Shown: positions 1 to 13,795 of the stretch, one piece after another
How positions within the stretch are numbered: position 1 is the stretch's first letter
Layout: every line of letters starts with the position of its first letter
Assembly (NCBI RefSeq): GCF_009914755.1
Contig: NC_060947.1
Strand: one strand, 5' to 3'
DNA length: 64,000 nucleotides
Source: the human T2T-CHM13v2.0 reference genome, Homo sapiens
The notes under the pieces: model-generated
What the model was told of the DNA's origin: nothing
Database searches by the model: none
What the model saw: only the letters and a program-made list of their open reading frames with translations
Position numbers and translations under genes: made by a program

Positions 1-290
<290 letters not shown>

Positions 291-2124
291 CTAGTATTGT
301 GCAGCCCAGTGATTCCTTGAATCTCCTCTAAATGTAAACCTTGCTTTATTAGAAATGAGAAATCTGATTTGTGGATATGAAGTCTCCGCATCCCCCATAA
401 CTCCTTGATTCTCCTTTGCCAGGACCTCCCCCCACCCTCCACTTTTGGTTTAATCTAGTTCTTCTAATTAAATATGAGATAATTAAAGTTCACAGAGTTT
501 AAACCCAGCAGGTTTGATTTAATGATAAAAATCTTGGTTTGTCAGCTTTTCAAGGCATAATCCTGGCTGCTGCCTTATCTGACAGGTAGTCAGCCTAGCA
601 GGTCTGAGGATGAAAACCAGAGCATCTCATCTTTTCAGGCATGACTTGCTATTTATCTTCTGAGGCATAATTTACAATTGCCCTATAGAAAATGGGTAGG
701 GTTAAATAAGTAGAAAAGGTCTCCTTTTGCTTTGGCTCAATTAATTCATTTCCTATGCGGTTGTCGATGACTAGGCTTACAAAGTAGACAGATGTATTTC
801 AAATGAGGAGAAAATGCCCCAAACATAGCATATTTGATTATTGTAAATTATTCCTTTACTCACTGAATATGTAAAGTATGTAAATTTAGTCCTGCTGTCA
901 AAAGGTAGCTCTGTACCATTAGTTTCTGCAGCAGACAAGGCCTGCTGCATCCTGTACTGCATTTTCAGAGAGATAATTCTAATGACAGCTTGAGCAATTG
1001 CCTTAATGAGCCAGAAAGGTGTTCTTTTTTATTCGTGTTTAGCTGCTTAGAGTCATCTGAAATAGAGATCATCTGTAGATATTACAGAGTGAAAAAAGAC
1101 ATGGGTTATCTTATTAATGTGTTTCTCCAAGCATGCTAAGAATGAACCATCAATCAGGTATTTGCCAAGAAAATAGCTTGTTGTCAGTTCTGTATAGGTG
1201 ATATGGCAACCTGAAATGCAAGTTTAGGTTCTAATTATCATGCTAGCTAAGTAAAAGAGTTGTCAAGTTGCATCTATAAGTCATTTTGGGAAATATTGTA
1301 GGGCTTACCAAATTGATCACAAAATAGCATTAATATTGTAAACCTGAAGTGAACAACATAACCAGTTTTTTAAAAATAAGGCACTCTACTTGAGTCATCA
1401 GGAAAACATTAGAAATCTACCTATGTGCATCATATTATATGTAAAATTTAGTTTAATTGGAGCTTTGTGTTGTTAGAACCCAACACATTAATATTAACAT
1501 TTGAGACAAATTTCCTATCATCTGAGTCTTTCATTCTAAGTGAAATGTCCATATTTTCTCATTAATTTGGGTCTATTTAAAGATCAGTCACATCACAGTA
1601 ACATAAAGATTGGAAAAGTAATGTTCACATTTTAGTTAAAGTCATGAAATATATACCTATAATTGACTATGGTGTTTTGATTTGGTTATAAAGTATAGCT
1701 GTACCTTCCACACGGAGTTAAGAGAAGTCCTGGCTTAACACATTAGTGGTAGAAAGTGTAAGTTTACACTTAAGCCACTCCCCAGCCAAGGATTTGCATA
1801 AAAAATGAGTGAAGTTCAGCTTGGGTTTATGTTAGCAAAATGGCAAATGTAGAGGCACGCTAAAGGTCCTTTCTGCCACCCTTGTATACAATACATGTCT
1901 GCATCTTGCCTAATCTTAATTAAATGTCTTTATTAAATCTTTATTAAATTAATAAAATGTCTTCTGGGTCTGAGGACTGAAATTCTGAAATGTAACCAAT
2001 ATTTAAGAGCTTAAACAGTGCTTCTGTATAGAACTTGTAGTATGAAATATGACTTCAAAAAAGCCTGAGCTGTAGAATTAATTTTTTCAATTGAATGAGT
2101 AATACTGCTTTAAAAAATATACAT

Positions 2125-3120
<996 letters not shown>

Positions 3121-5029
3121 CCTTTTTAGTTTAAATAATCCATTGTATTAGAAAGAAAAAGTTACACTAGTGAATCAGCTCTACAGTTTTCAGAAGGTGA
3201 ATCAAATAATTACTAAATTGAAGTACAGTAAGATGAACTATCATGTGAAATTATATTTCCCTATAAATTTCTTATGAAATCTTGCATTGATTTGTGCATG
3301 TGTGTTTGACTAATGAAGTGAAGTGTGGGACTACTATAGAATTTAGATTTAATGCCTAGGTAATGGGTACTTGTCCAATTACAGGTCTTCATGAAGTTTC
3401 TAATGAAAAAAACACTAAAGAGCTCTTCTTCTCAGCTGTATCATAAATGACAAAAATCTCAGCTCCCCAGGCCTAAGTCAGTAATAAGTGGAAGAGTGAC
3501 TCTTCTAGTTACTAATTCATTTGTGGAGTTTTCCAAAGTTAGCTTGCATTGTAAGTTTCTTATAAGGAGGATCATTTCATGAGAGTTGGTTTTTTGCTAT
3601 TGTCACAATTGTGTAATCGTCCCCATAGAAGCATGATATGCATACACTTAACACATTCAATTTGTAATTCTTCTTGCTAGTAAAGCCAAAAATTCTATCC
3701 CATGCTTAGACATCCATGGAGGTGATCATTATAATGCATTATTTGTCAAATTTTATTCTTTTTCAAAACTCCAAAGAAAATGTGACATTCTACTATGTCT
3801 TTGAATCTCTGATTATATACATTTGTTTATGTTAATCTATAACATGTTACTTGGTTTCTTTGAAGCTCTGTTTTCTAGTTGATGATGCTAAAATTTATGT
3901 TAATTCACATCTAGGTGTACTTGAAATCACCTAATTTGAAATTGCAGTTCTTAAACAGCTCTAAGAAATATAATTATGTAAAGAATATTTTGAATGAAAT
4001 TTTGAATAAATTGGTAGAAACATAGTTAATTGTTCGCTGCATCCCAAAACAGTAGGCTTGGAAAGTGATGCTTTTCTACTTTAATTTTAAATCTTGTACA
4101 TTTTATAAGAAAGGAGTAAGCCTATCCCCATATTAGGCAAGTCAGATTAAATGTTAGTTCCATTAATTCAGAGAAAATAAGCTCAGTTAATGATGATTCA
4201 ATGCCAGTTGAAAAATAAACAGATATGCAAAATCTTGGTTTCTTCCTGTAATTTCTTACCATTTTTTTCAGTTTCTTTGTTGTTCTGTTAAATCTTTAGT
4301 TAGGTTATGGTAGAATGCCGTGGTACCTCATTGTTCTTTAACTCTAGTGATTGGTTGTTTTTAATTACATTAATGGTAGTTTTTTGTTTTTTTTGTTTGT
4401 TAATTTTTTGGTATATCAAACATTTTCTGTTAAAGGAGAAAGGAAAGAAGAGCTTTGACTTACAAACTGACTTGAAAGCTATTCCAGCAATTGGTTGTCT
4501 TTGAAGTAGGCAATTTACCCTTTTTTTCCCTTCAAAATCAGTTATACTACATATTTCCTTTTTGAAGCAGGAAAGAATGAACTGTGCATCACAGTTCTGT
4601 TATCTATAGCAAATCTGTAACTCCTGAATCCTTTCTTCCCGACCCCACCCACCCTGGGGGCTACTTCTCTACCATTAGTTTATGGTCATCAGAGAATTAC
4701 AACAAGTAGAGCAGCACAGCCTTGTGCTTTCTACTCTAAAGGTATTGCTTCCCCAGACAACTGAAACTTGAGTTAAGCCCATGCCCCAGGAAAAGAAAGG
4801 TCAGGAAGTTATTTTGCTTTCTGGAAGGCTACAGAGATGAGAGCAAAGGAGATGAAGAGCCTTGGCATCTACTCCAGAATTGCTTTTGACTGCCAGACTT
4901 CGATCTAATCTCTATGGCACATCATCAGCATTCACTGTGTACCTCATACACAAAAGCAGAAGAGTAGCTGGATTTCTTTAAAATTGTGCCCTTCATTTGT
5001 TTCCCTTGCATGTTCTATTTCCCCAATTA

Positions 5030-5144
5030 ACTTTGTGAGCCCTGGGCAAATTAGTTAACCTCACTGGGCCTCAAAGGCCTCATCTATAAAATGAATGGTT
5101 TAGAATAGATGATCTTTGATCCCTTCCATTGCAAGCATTCTATG
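5030..5144 (+). mobile_element. MIR/MIR3 fragment
   Basis: Core-like CTGGGCAAATTAGTTAACCTCACTGGGCCTCA...CTCATCTATAAAATG. Confidence 0.75.
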
Positions 5145-5473
5145 CTGTGAAACCGCAAGGCTGTAAACTATATGAGAGTAGGAGCCAATTTTTTTTTTTA
5201 TCATTTTTTTTATCTCCCCACAGGGCCTAATGTAACTTTGACTGTACTACCTTGCTTTCACTATGTGAAGTAGATTTTGAAGACAGCTCTAATATGTACT
5301 AAACTCGATTAGAAATTAGACATCCCATTTTAGTTGAAAGTCAGCTTATTAGGTAGATGTTATATGAACTTGCTTATTTCAAAAGGAAAAAAAATTCTGG
5401 GAAATGAATCATTGGGATGGAATTAAGTAATCCCATTTAGGAAAATAGTACTTTAATAATAGGCTATGAAAGA

Positions 5474-5927
5474 GTTATGGGTTGAATTGTCACCCAAAAA
5501 GGTATGTTTAAGTCCTAATCCCCAGTATCTGTGAATAGGACCTTGTTTGTGATTGGAGGCTTTGAAAATGTAATCAAGTTAAGATATGGTCATACTGGAT
5601 GAGGGTGCACCCTAAATCCAATGACTGGTGTCCTTATAAGTAGGCCATGTGGGACACAAAGACACACAGGGAGAATGCCACGTAACTGTGGAAGCATAGA
5701 CTGGAGTGATGCGACTGCCAAGGAATCCCAAGGATTGATGGCTACCATAAAAAGCTAGGAGAGAGAAGTGCAACAAATTCTCCATCAGAACCTTCAAAAG
5801 AACCAACCCTGCCCTGTACCTTAACTTCAGAATTCTTGTGTCCAGAGCTGTGAGAGAATACATTTCTGTTATTGTAAGTCACCCAGTCTGTCATAATTTA
5901 TTATGGCAGACCTAGGAAACTAATACA
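5474..5927 (+). mobile_element. MaLR solo LTR (MLT1B/MLT1C-like)
   Basis: GTTATGGGTTGAATTGT start; CCAGAGCTGTGAGAGAATACATTTCTGTT; GGAAACTAATACA end. Confidence 0.85.
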
Positions 5928-6645
5928 GAAGATGTGGACACTGGCCTAGGAAAAGTCCCCAAAGAATACATAAAGCTCTGGACTGGAACAGTCATAGCTT
6001 GCAACTACCGTAGGACATCTACTTTCAGCCTAGGATGTCTTCATATTTTATAAAATATAAATCTAGATAGTAATAGAACATTAAGATCTTTGGAGCAACT
6101 CACCATTCCTTACGAGATCAGGACCGATCTTATACAAACCCTGATCAGCTGAATTAGGATCACATTTGTTATAATTATTACCGATCCCTTGAGAGCCACC
6201 TTTGACCCAGCATATCATACCCACAAGCCTAAGAGTAAGCTGCAGAAAGACTGTTTCTTAGAATGGTTGTCCATTATTGACTACCCTCTTCTACCTTATG
6301 CATGTTTCTTTTGTCCTTTTTTCGTTAACCATTTATAAAGTTAGATGCTAAAGAATATTGAGCTCAGAAATAGTATTTCCAAATAAACAATGTGTAAATC
6401 AATTTAAGCTGTTTACTTCCCCATTGGGAATAATCTCTCTTACTTTCTACCTATGAAAACTTCACCCAGGCTTTCACCATGCATAGCTCAGATCCCATCT
6501 ACCTCATCAAGGCTTCGTTGAATTCCCCATTTGAAAGTAATCTGCTTGCTGTAATTACATAACTTATACTCTCTATGTAGTTCTGTTGACACTTAGCAAA
6601 AAGTACCCTATATTATAGTTTTGTTTTTGCATCTCTGTGTTTTAT

Positions 6646-7098
6646 TGTTAAAGAAAAAATTATTCTGACACTTGTTAAATATGGTAAGGCTGACTTCATT
6701 CAGAGGGACTACTACAGTGGAATTTTGTAGTACGGTAGTGAGATTAAGCCAAACTCCACACACAAGAAGTACCAAGTGGACATTTATAGCCATGAACCAG
6801 GGTGGGGGTCGATTGATGGAAAATTACTAAGAGGAAACATCAGGCCTAAGGGCATTCCAGCTAAACTGACTTGACAGGATTCTTGCTGAAGTCAGACCAA
6901 GATGATAAGATATCCAGAGTGAGGAATAAGGAATTTGATCAGATAATCAAGGGTGAGGGATCTGCACTAAACTAACCCAGTAGTATTTTTGCTAAAACAG
7001 GACTAAATGAGCCAGGGACAGAGCCTAAGTTTGGGTCTAGTTAAAAAGGGAGCTCAGAAGAATCTGACTCAAGTTTGGTCAAAGGAGAGAGTCTGTCA
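6646..7098 (-). mobile_element. ERV1 solo LTR (MER31/MER67-like) inside an L2 relic
   Basis: TG...CA termini; minus strand starts TGACAGACTCTCTCCTTTGACCAAACTT; 4-bp TSD TTAT at 6642-6645 and 7099-7102. Confidence 0.8.
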
Positions 7099-9399
7099 TT
7101 ATCTCCTCAATGAGATTCTAGAGAATAGGAATTATAATTCATACTCTTTTGTATCTCTACTCCCTACTGCCCCCACCCCCATGAAAAACAGTGTATGCAT
7201 GTCATAAAGTAGTTTGTAATTGAGTATTTTTCATTGATGGTTGACTAATTTTGACAGAGCCGACACCTTAATTCACCAGTTAAATTGGCTCTAGGCACAG
7301 CCTTGCACAACTCATCATTATTTGACTAAATGAAGACAATATATTCTAAGACTCTGGTACAGAATTTCTGGTTAACAGTGGTTGGCATAATTTATTCTCT
7401 TGCCTGCCATTTTCAAGTGATGTTACTGCTTTGAACTCATTTTTTAAAGTAATATTTATAAATATAACTGGTAAAAGTGTGGCATCTTTGGCCAATGAAA
7501 AGAATTGCTGTCAGCTTGAGAAAAGAAACGTAAAGCACTAAGTATACTAGAAATTGCAGACATCCTCACAAAAGTGATGGATTAATGACCACATACAGCA
7601 TTATGAAAGCTAGTTATGGTTTGCTTAAACCAGTCTCTCTCTTTATGGCATTCTCAATCTTTTTAAACAGCTAGGATATAATAACATTTTAAAAATTAAA
7701 GTATTTCACATAACCAAGAACTTGATATGAAATGAGCAACATTAAGCACAAAACAATTGAAGCTTCAAATACTGGAGCAGGCAAGAATTTTAAACAGCCC
7801 GAATGAATAAGGATGCAACATTGTTGTGCTTCTTCAGATGCAGGAATAATCAGGCTCAGAGGTTAGCAGAAAGAGATTTTATAGCAATAATGGCTCCCCA
7901 TACCATTTTTCTCTTGTGACTTTGACTCACAAAGGTGAAGCTTTCATTTGAAGATTTGATACAATGCAGCTGCCAACAGCAGGGGGGAGAATTTGGCCAA
8001 ATGGCTGGACTCTCTCAAACATCTGTGAGGGACAGAGATTGAGAGGGAGAGACAGGGAGAAATTGAGAGAGATATAAAAGGAAAAGAGGAGGGGACCAAA
8101 AAGAAAAAAAAAAAAAAAAGATTTGCATTACCAATGACAAATCAAAGTTGAAAGTTTGCCTTTCCTGTTGTCATTCATTGCCATTCATATTTAGAAAGCA
8201 GACTGCTGTGATAATTGATTTGATGGTCCAGCTTGAGTGGAAGCACTTCTGGGCATAGCAGCCTCAGAGATGCCAAAAAAGAAGAAAAGGTGGGAATGAA
8301 ATAATGCACTACTTTCTCCTCAGAGGCATGTGGCCCAGTTTTTAAGAGCAGAAAAACATGCTCTGGGGTGGGGGGAGTAGAAACCTAAAGAACTTAGTAA
8401 TAAATACAAAAATGACCATATAGCTCCAGTCAGATAAAAATAGGCATTCAAACCAAGACAATGAGAGGACATATTTTACTGACAAGTGAATAATAGGGGA
8501 GTGTGGTGGAAATAATCTGATTTTTAACAGACTCTGTCCTTTGGGAGTACCTTTTTTGCTCTTCTTTTATATAGAGACAAAAGTGATTTCTTTTCTAAAA
8601 AGCCTTTTAATTTTTAAGCTTTTCATACTAGATTGATAGTTCAGAAGGAGAAAAAGAAAACAATAATTGAGACTGAAAAGCTATATATGTGCCCGGATTA
8701 TCTAAACATCACTGAATTTCCTTGAAGCAATAGGTAATAATGAAGCTTGTCCTTAGATTTGTGAGTAGAGGTTGGTGTTCAGCCATTGCTTCCTGCTGAT
8801 ATGAATAAGTTAGGAAACTAAAGTGCCAGTTGAAGGGGGCAAAAGAGAGAGAGAGAGAAAGAGTTTTTTAAAGTACTGAATTCACTGCCTGACCTCTTAA
8901 TCACAACTGCCAATTGGATTGTGTGCCCTGTCATTCCATTTAAGAACCTAAACAAACCAGATAAAAGACATAGCTGTCAAAACACAAATTTTAATCAGAA
9001 CCTGTTTGTCTTTTGAGAGAAATATACTTGTGTTCAAAAGTAGATCAGTCCTTTAACTTTGTTACCTTTCTCTCTTTTCTTCCCTCTCCCTTCTATCTTC
9101 AGTTCTCCTTTCTTCATTTACGTACCTAGCTAGCTGCCTCTACTTATACCTACAGAGAAAGCCTGTTGTTTGGCCTCATTGAATGTGTCATACATATGCA
9201 GCTGTTATGCAAATATCAATACCGTCCCATCACAATTTCTGTTTTCCTGGTAAGGTTCTCAACTACAGTGAGACATTAAATTTTCTGAGTTAAAACAACA
9301 ACAGCAACAACCAAAACCCTCAAATGTATGACTTATTTTTAAAAGATTCATCCAAAATTAATATGGAGGAAACAGTGTTAGCTGTCAGTATAATGTATG

Positions 9400-9666
9400 A
9401 CAGTATTTCTGAAAATCTTTTAAAAAAATCATGAGAATTACCTGGGAAACTTACTAAAATTCATTATACAATGTATACCTATATCAAAACATCACGTTGT
9501 ACCCCATAAATATATATAGTTATTATATATCAATCATAAATTGTTTAAAAATTTAGAGTATCAGACCATACCCCAGGTCTTGAATCACAGTATATAGTGC
9601 TCAGGAATCTACATTTTAACAAGTGCCCAGATCATTTTTCTACATACTACTGAAGTTTGAATACCA
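9400..9666. mobile_element. MER5-like hAT-Charlie relic interrupted by a ~90-bp L1M 3'-end fragment (~9461-9550, +)
   Basis: AGAATTACCTGGGAAACTT...CAGGAATCTACATTTTAACAAG...AGTTTGAATACCA; inner ATCAAAACATCACGTTGTACCCCATAAATATATA. Confidence 0.65.
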
Positions 9667-9669
9667 GAG

Positions 9670-9915
9670 ACATAATAGTTAAAGAGCAATATTTAATTAC
9701 ATCAACTGGAATCTAATTCCGTTTTTACCATTACTAGTTGTGTAAACTTAGGCAAATTATCTAGCCTTTCTAAAACTTAGTTTCTTCATCCATGAAATGT
9801 ATGTAACAATGCCTACCTAATAGGGTTATTCTGAGAATTAAATAACATAACGAATATAAAACACAGCACAGTAGCTGGTGATTCTAATATCAATACATAG
9901 TCAATATTATTGATA
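9670..9915 (+). mobile_element. MIR
   Basis: TTACTAGTTGTGTAAACTTAGGCAAATT...AGTTTCTTCATCCATGAAATG...GGTTATTCTGAGAATTAAAT. Confidence 0.8.
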
Positions 9916-10060
9916 TTGTTTATCTTTTATGATTTAGAAATAGGTTCTTTTCTATGGGTTGTTCATATTGCGCCCTTGTAAATAATAGTTTCTATTTCCA
10001 TTTTATATTAACATAGACGGTACTTTTCCATGTCTCAAGGATGTATAAGATTAAACATCA

Positions 10061-10346
10061 GGCCAGGTGTGGTGGCTCATGCCTGTAATCCCAGCACTTT
10101 GGGAGGCCGAGGCGGGCAGATCACGATGTCAGGAGATCGAGACCATCCTGGCTAACACGGTGAAACCCCATCTCTACTAAAAATACAAAAATTAGCCAGG
10201 CGTGGTGGCACGTGCCTGTAGTCCCAGCTACTCAGGAGGCTGAGGCAGGAGAATCACTTGAACCTGGGAGGCGGAGGTTGCGGTGAGCGATATCACGCCA
10301 CTGCACTCCAGCCTGGTGACAGAGCGAGAAAAAAAAAAGAAAAGAA
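10061..10346 (+). mobile_element. AluSc/AluY-like
   Basis: GAGATCGAGACCATCCTGGCTAACACGG; TSD AAGATTAAA(C/T)ATCA at 10047-10060 and 10347-10360. Confidence 0.95.
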
Positions 10347-10734
10347 AAGATTAAATATCATCCCCATCACTTCATCTTACCCAGTGGGGAAACAAACTAT
10401 TTTAAACTAAAGTAGTAGCACATGCTTACTGGCATAGAGCAGAACATTCTTATTAATACCAACTCTATGTAAATAACTAGATATATACATTATTCACATC
10501 TGAATGTGTAATTAAAGACCATTTAGGTACTGAACTTGATGAATGAGAGGGAAAAATGTCTGGGATGTCAATGTGATACTGTAAATACCGAAGGCAATTC
10601 ACAGTGTGACTAGTAGCACCACCTGTCTCACACCCAAAGATAATTCATCAAATAATACCACGTCTAAACTGGCAGATTCTTTGTCTTCATAGCCTAAAAT
10701 AGAGAAAAGATCACTAGATTTTTTTTTTAAAAAT

Positions 10735-10910
10735 CTAATCCCAAAACTTACCAGCTCTGTTACTTCAGACAAACCTCTTAACCCTCAGTGCCCCCATCTA
10801 TAAAATAAGGATAATTATATTTGCCCCACCTCACAGCCTTGAAGTGAAAAGAAATGTGGTAATGTATCCAGGAAGCATTTATAAACTAAATGCTATACAA
10901 ACAAATGGTG
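10735..10910 (+). mobile_element. MIR
   Basis: CTTACCAGCTCTGTTACTTCAGACAA...CTTAACCCTCAGTG...CATCTATAAAATAAGGATAAT. Confidence 0.7.
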
Positions 10911-12718
10911 TTATTTCATACCTATTCAAATGGACTGAAAGTCATTTGAAAATGTTATCAACTTTTGACCGTGATTGTATTCTCATTTTCCAAGGAAGTC
11001 CAAAAGATAGATTAAATTTGAATTCTTCATTGTTGTGCCTTGCTGATTTTTGCTTGAGGTGATCACACTGCATTGATGCATTTTTACACAGCTTTTGTTG
11101 AATATTCCTTGGTCCAAAAGCTTTCAGCTTTATGGCTTTGAAGCTCCAATTCCCTGATCAATGTCTGAACTTGTGAAGCTTGAAATTTGTCATTTGGCAT
11201 TGACTTATGTGTAAATCTGAGTCAAAATTCAGTGTCCTTTAAACATCTCGGGGCAAATTTTCAGCATGGCCTCATTTTTACTGATATGATCATGTATTTG
11301 TAAGTACAGATTGCCACTTTTGTCCTCAAGAGAGCACAAAGTGGTCATTGCACCTGCCATGAGGTAATTGAAGGTGCAAAAAATCCCACTTCTACAAAAA
11401 AGTCTTTATAACACTCCCTTCCTTTACACCCCTCCCTTCTGTTCCTCTGTGTGTACCGAAAATAAAAAAAAAAAAAAGAAATAATGCTATTAGCAGGCTA
11501 TGAATAGAGATCAGCATTTCTTTTCAAGAAAAATAAACTGCATTTAATTTGGGCTTCTCTTAAAAAAATAAGATACCCGGTGTAATTTAAAATAAAAATA
11601 TTGATGGAAATGGCAATGTCTTTCATAATTATTATTCAATTGCAATGTTATATACTCCATAACTTAAGCAAATGAGTAGTTTTGACTACTGGAAAATAGC
11701 ATTTGAAAGTCAATTATGGAACTTCCAGCACACCTATAGTTTTAGTGTCCTAAACTTATCCTCTAAAGTTACTCTAGACCAAAAGAGTAACATTTGTTTT
11801 TGATACACCCTTCTTTGTGCCAGTGTTCTCTAAGTACTTTTTGGATTCTCGTGCTAGAGAAAAAGAGCTATAAGAAATGAAAGATAAACCTAACCTAGGG
11901 TTTTATCTGTTACCAGAACAGTATATATGTTACAAATGACTTATAAAATTACCCAGGCAGTGGGAGCACTTCCTAGCCATTTCCTGGTGTGCTACCTGTG
12001 GCCATTCTAAGCATTGACTAAAAATTATTCACAGACCTTGATTTTATTGCTAGTGATATATTTACACATACTATTTAGCCCAGACTATTCATATACTACA
12101 TATATGCCTACTAGCCCAGTGCAAGTAGGTAGTCACTTGTTTACCTCTCAGAAACAGCAAGCTGTTATTTTTCCTTTTTAAAAATTTGGCTATATTTGTT
12201 TTTTGGTTGTAGGAAGAAAACTTAACAAGAGATCTACCCTCTTATCAAATCTTTAAGTGCACAATACAATATTGTTAACTATAGGCACTATGCCATACAA
12301 TAGATCTCTAGAATTTATTCATCTTGCACAAATGAAACTTTATACCTGTTGAACAGCAACTCCCCACTCCTCCTTCTCCCCAGACCCTGGCAACCACCAT
12401 TCTACTCTGTTTCTGTGAGTTTAACTATTTTAAATAGCTCATAAACGTGGAATCCCGCAGTATGAGTCTTTGTGTGCCTGTCTTACTTCACTTAGCATAT
12501 GTCTCCAGGTTCAACCATGTTGTCACATATGGCAGGATTTCTTTCTGTGTTTAAGGCTGAATCATATTCCATTGTACGTACATACCACATTTTCTCCATT
12601 TACTCTATTCATTCACTGATGGACATTTGGATTATTTCCCTATCTTGGCTGTTGTGAATAATGCTGCAGTGAACATGGGAGTGCAGATATCAATTTGAGA
12701 TCCTGCTGTCAATTCTTT

Positions 12719-13018
12719 TTTTTGTTTTTTTTGTTTTGAGACAGAGTCTCGCTCTGTCACCCATGCTGGAGTGCAGTGGCGTGATCTCGGTTCACTGTAA
12801 CCTCCACCTCCTGAGTTCAAGCAATTCTCCTGCCTCAGCCTCCTGAGTAGCTGGGATTACAGGCACGTGCCACCACGCCCGGCTCATTTTTTGTATCTTT
12901 AGTAGAGACGGGGTTTCACCATGTTAGCCAGGATGGTCTTGATCTCCTGACCTCGTGATCCGCCTGCCTTGACCTCCCAAAGTTTTGGGATTACAGGCAT
13001 GAGCCACCGCGCCCGGCC
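12719..13018 (-). mobile_element. AluSc/Y-like
   Basis: TSD TCAATTCTTT at 12709-12718 and 13019-13028. Confidence 0.95.
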
Positions 13019-13399
13019 TCAATTCTTTCGGACATATCCCCAGAAGAGGGATTACTGGATCTTCTGGTAAGTCTGTTTTTAATTTTTTGAGGAAGCTTCA
13101 TACTCTTTTCCATAATGGCTGCATCATTTTACATTCCCACTAACAGTTGTATAAGGGTTCCAATTTCTTCACATCCTTAACAGTGCTTGTTACCTTTTCA
13201 CATCCTTAACAATGCCTTTTACATTTTTTTTTTGTTGTTAAATAGTAGACATCCTAACTGGGGTGAGGTGACATCTCATTGTAGTTTTTGATTTGCATTT
13301 CCTTGATTAGTGATGTTGAGCATCTTTTCACATACCTGTTGGCCATTTGTATGTCTACTTTGGAGAAATGTCTATTCAAAACCTTTCCTTATTTTTTAA

Positions 13400-13795
<396 letters not shown>

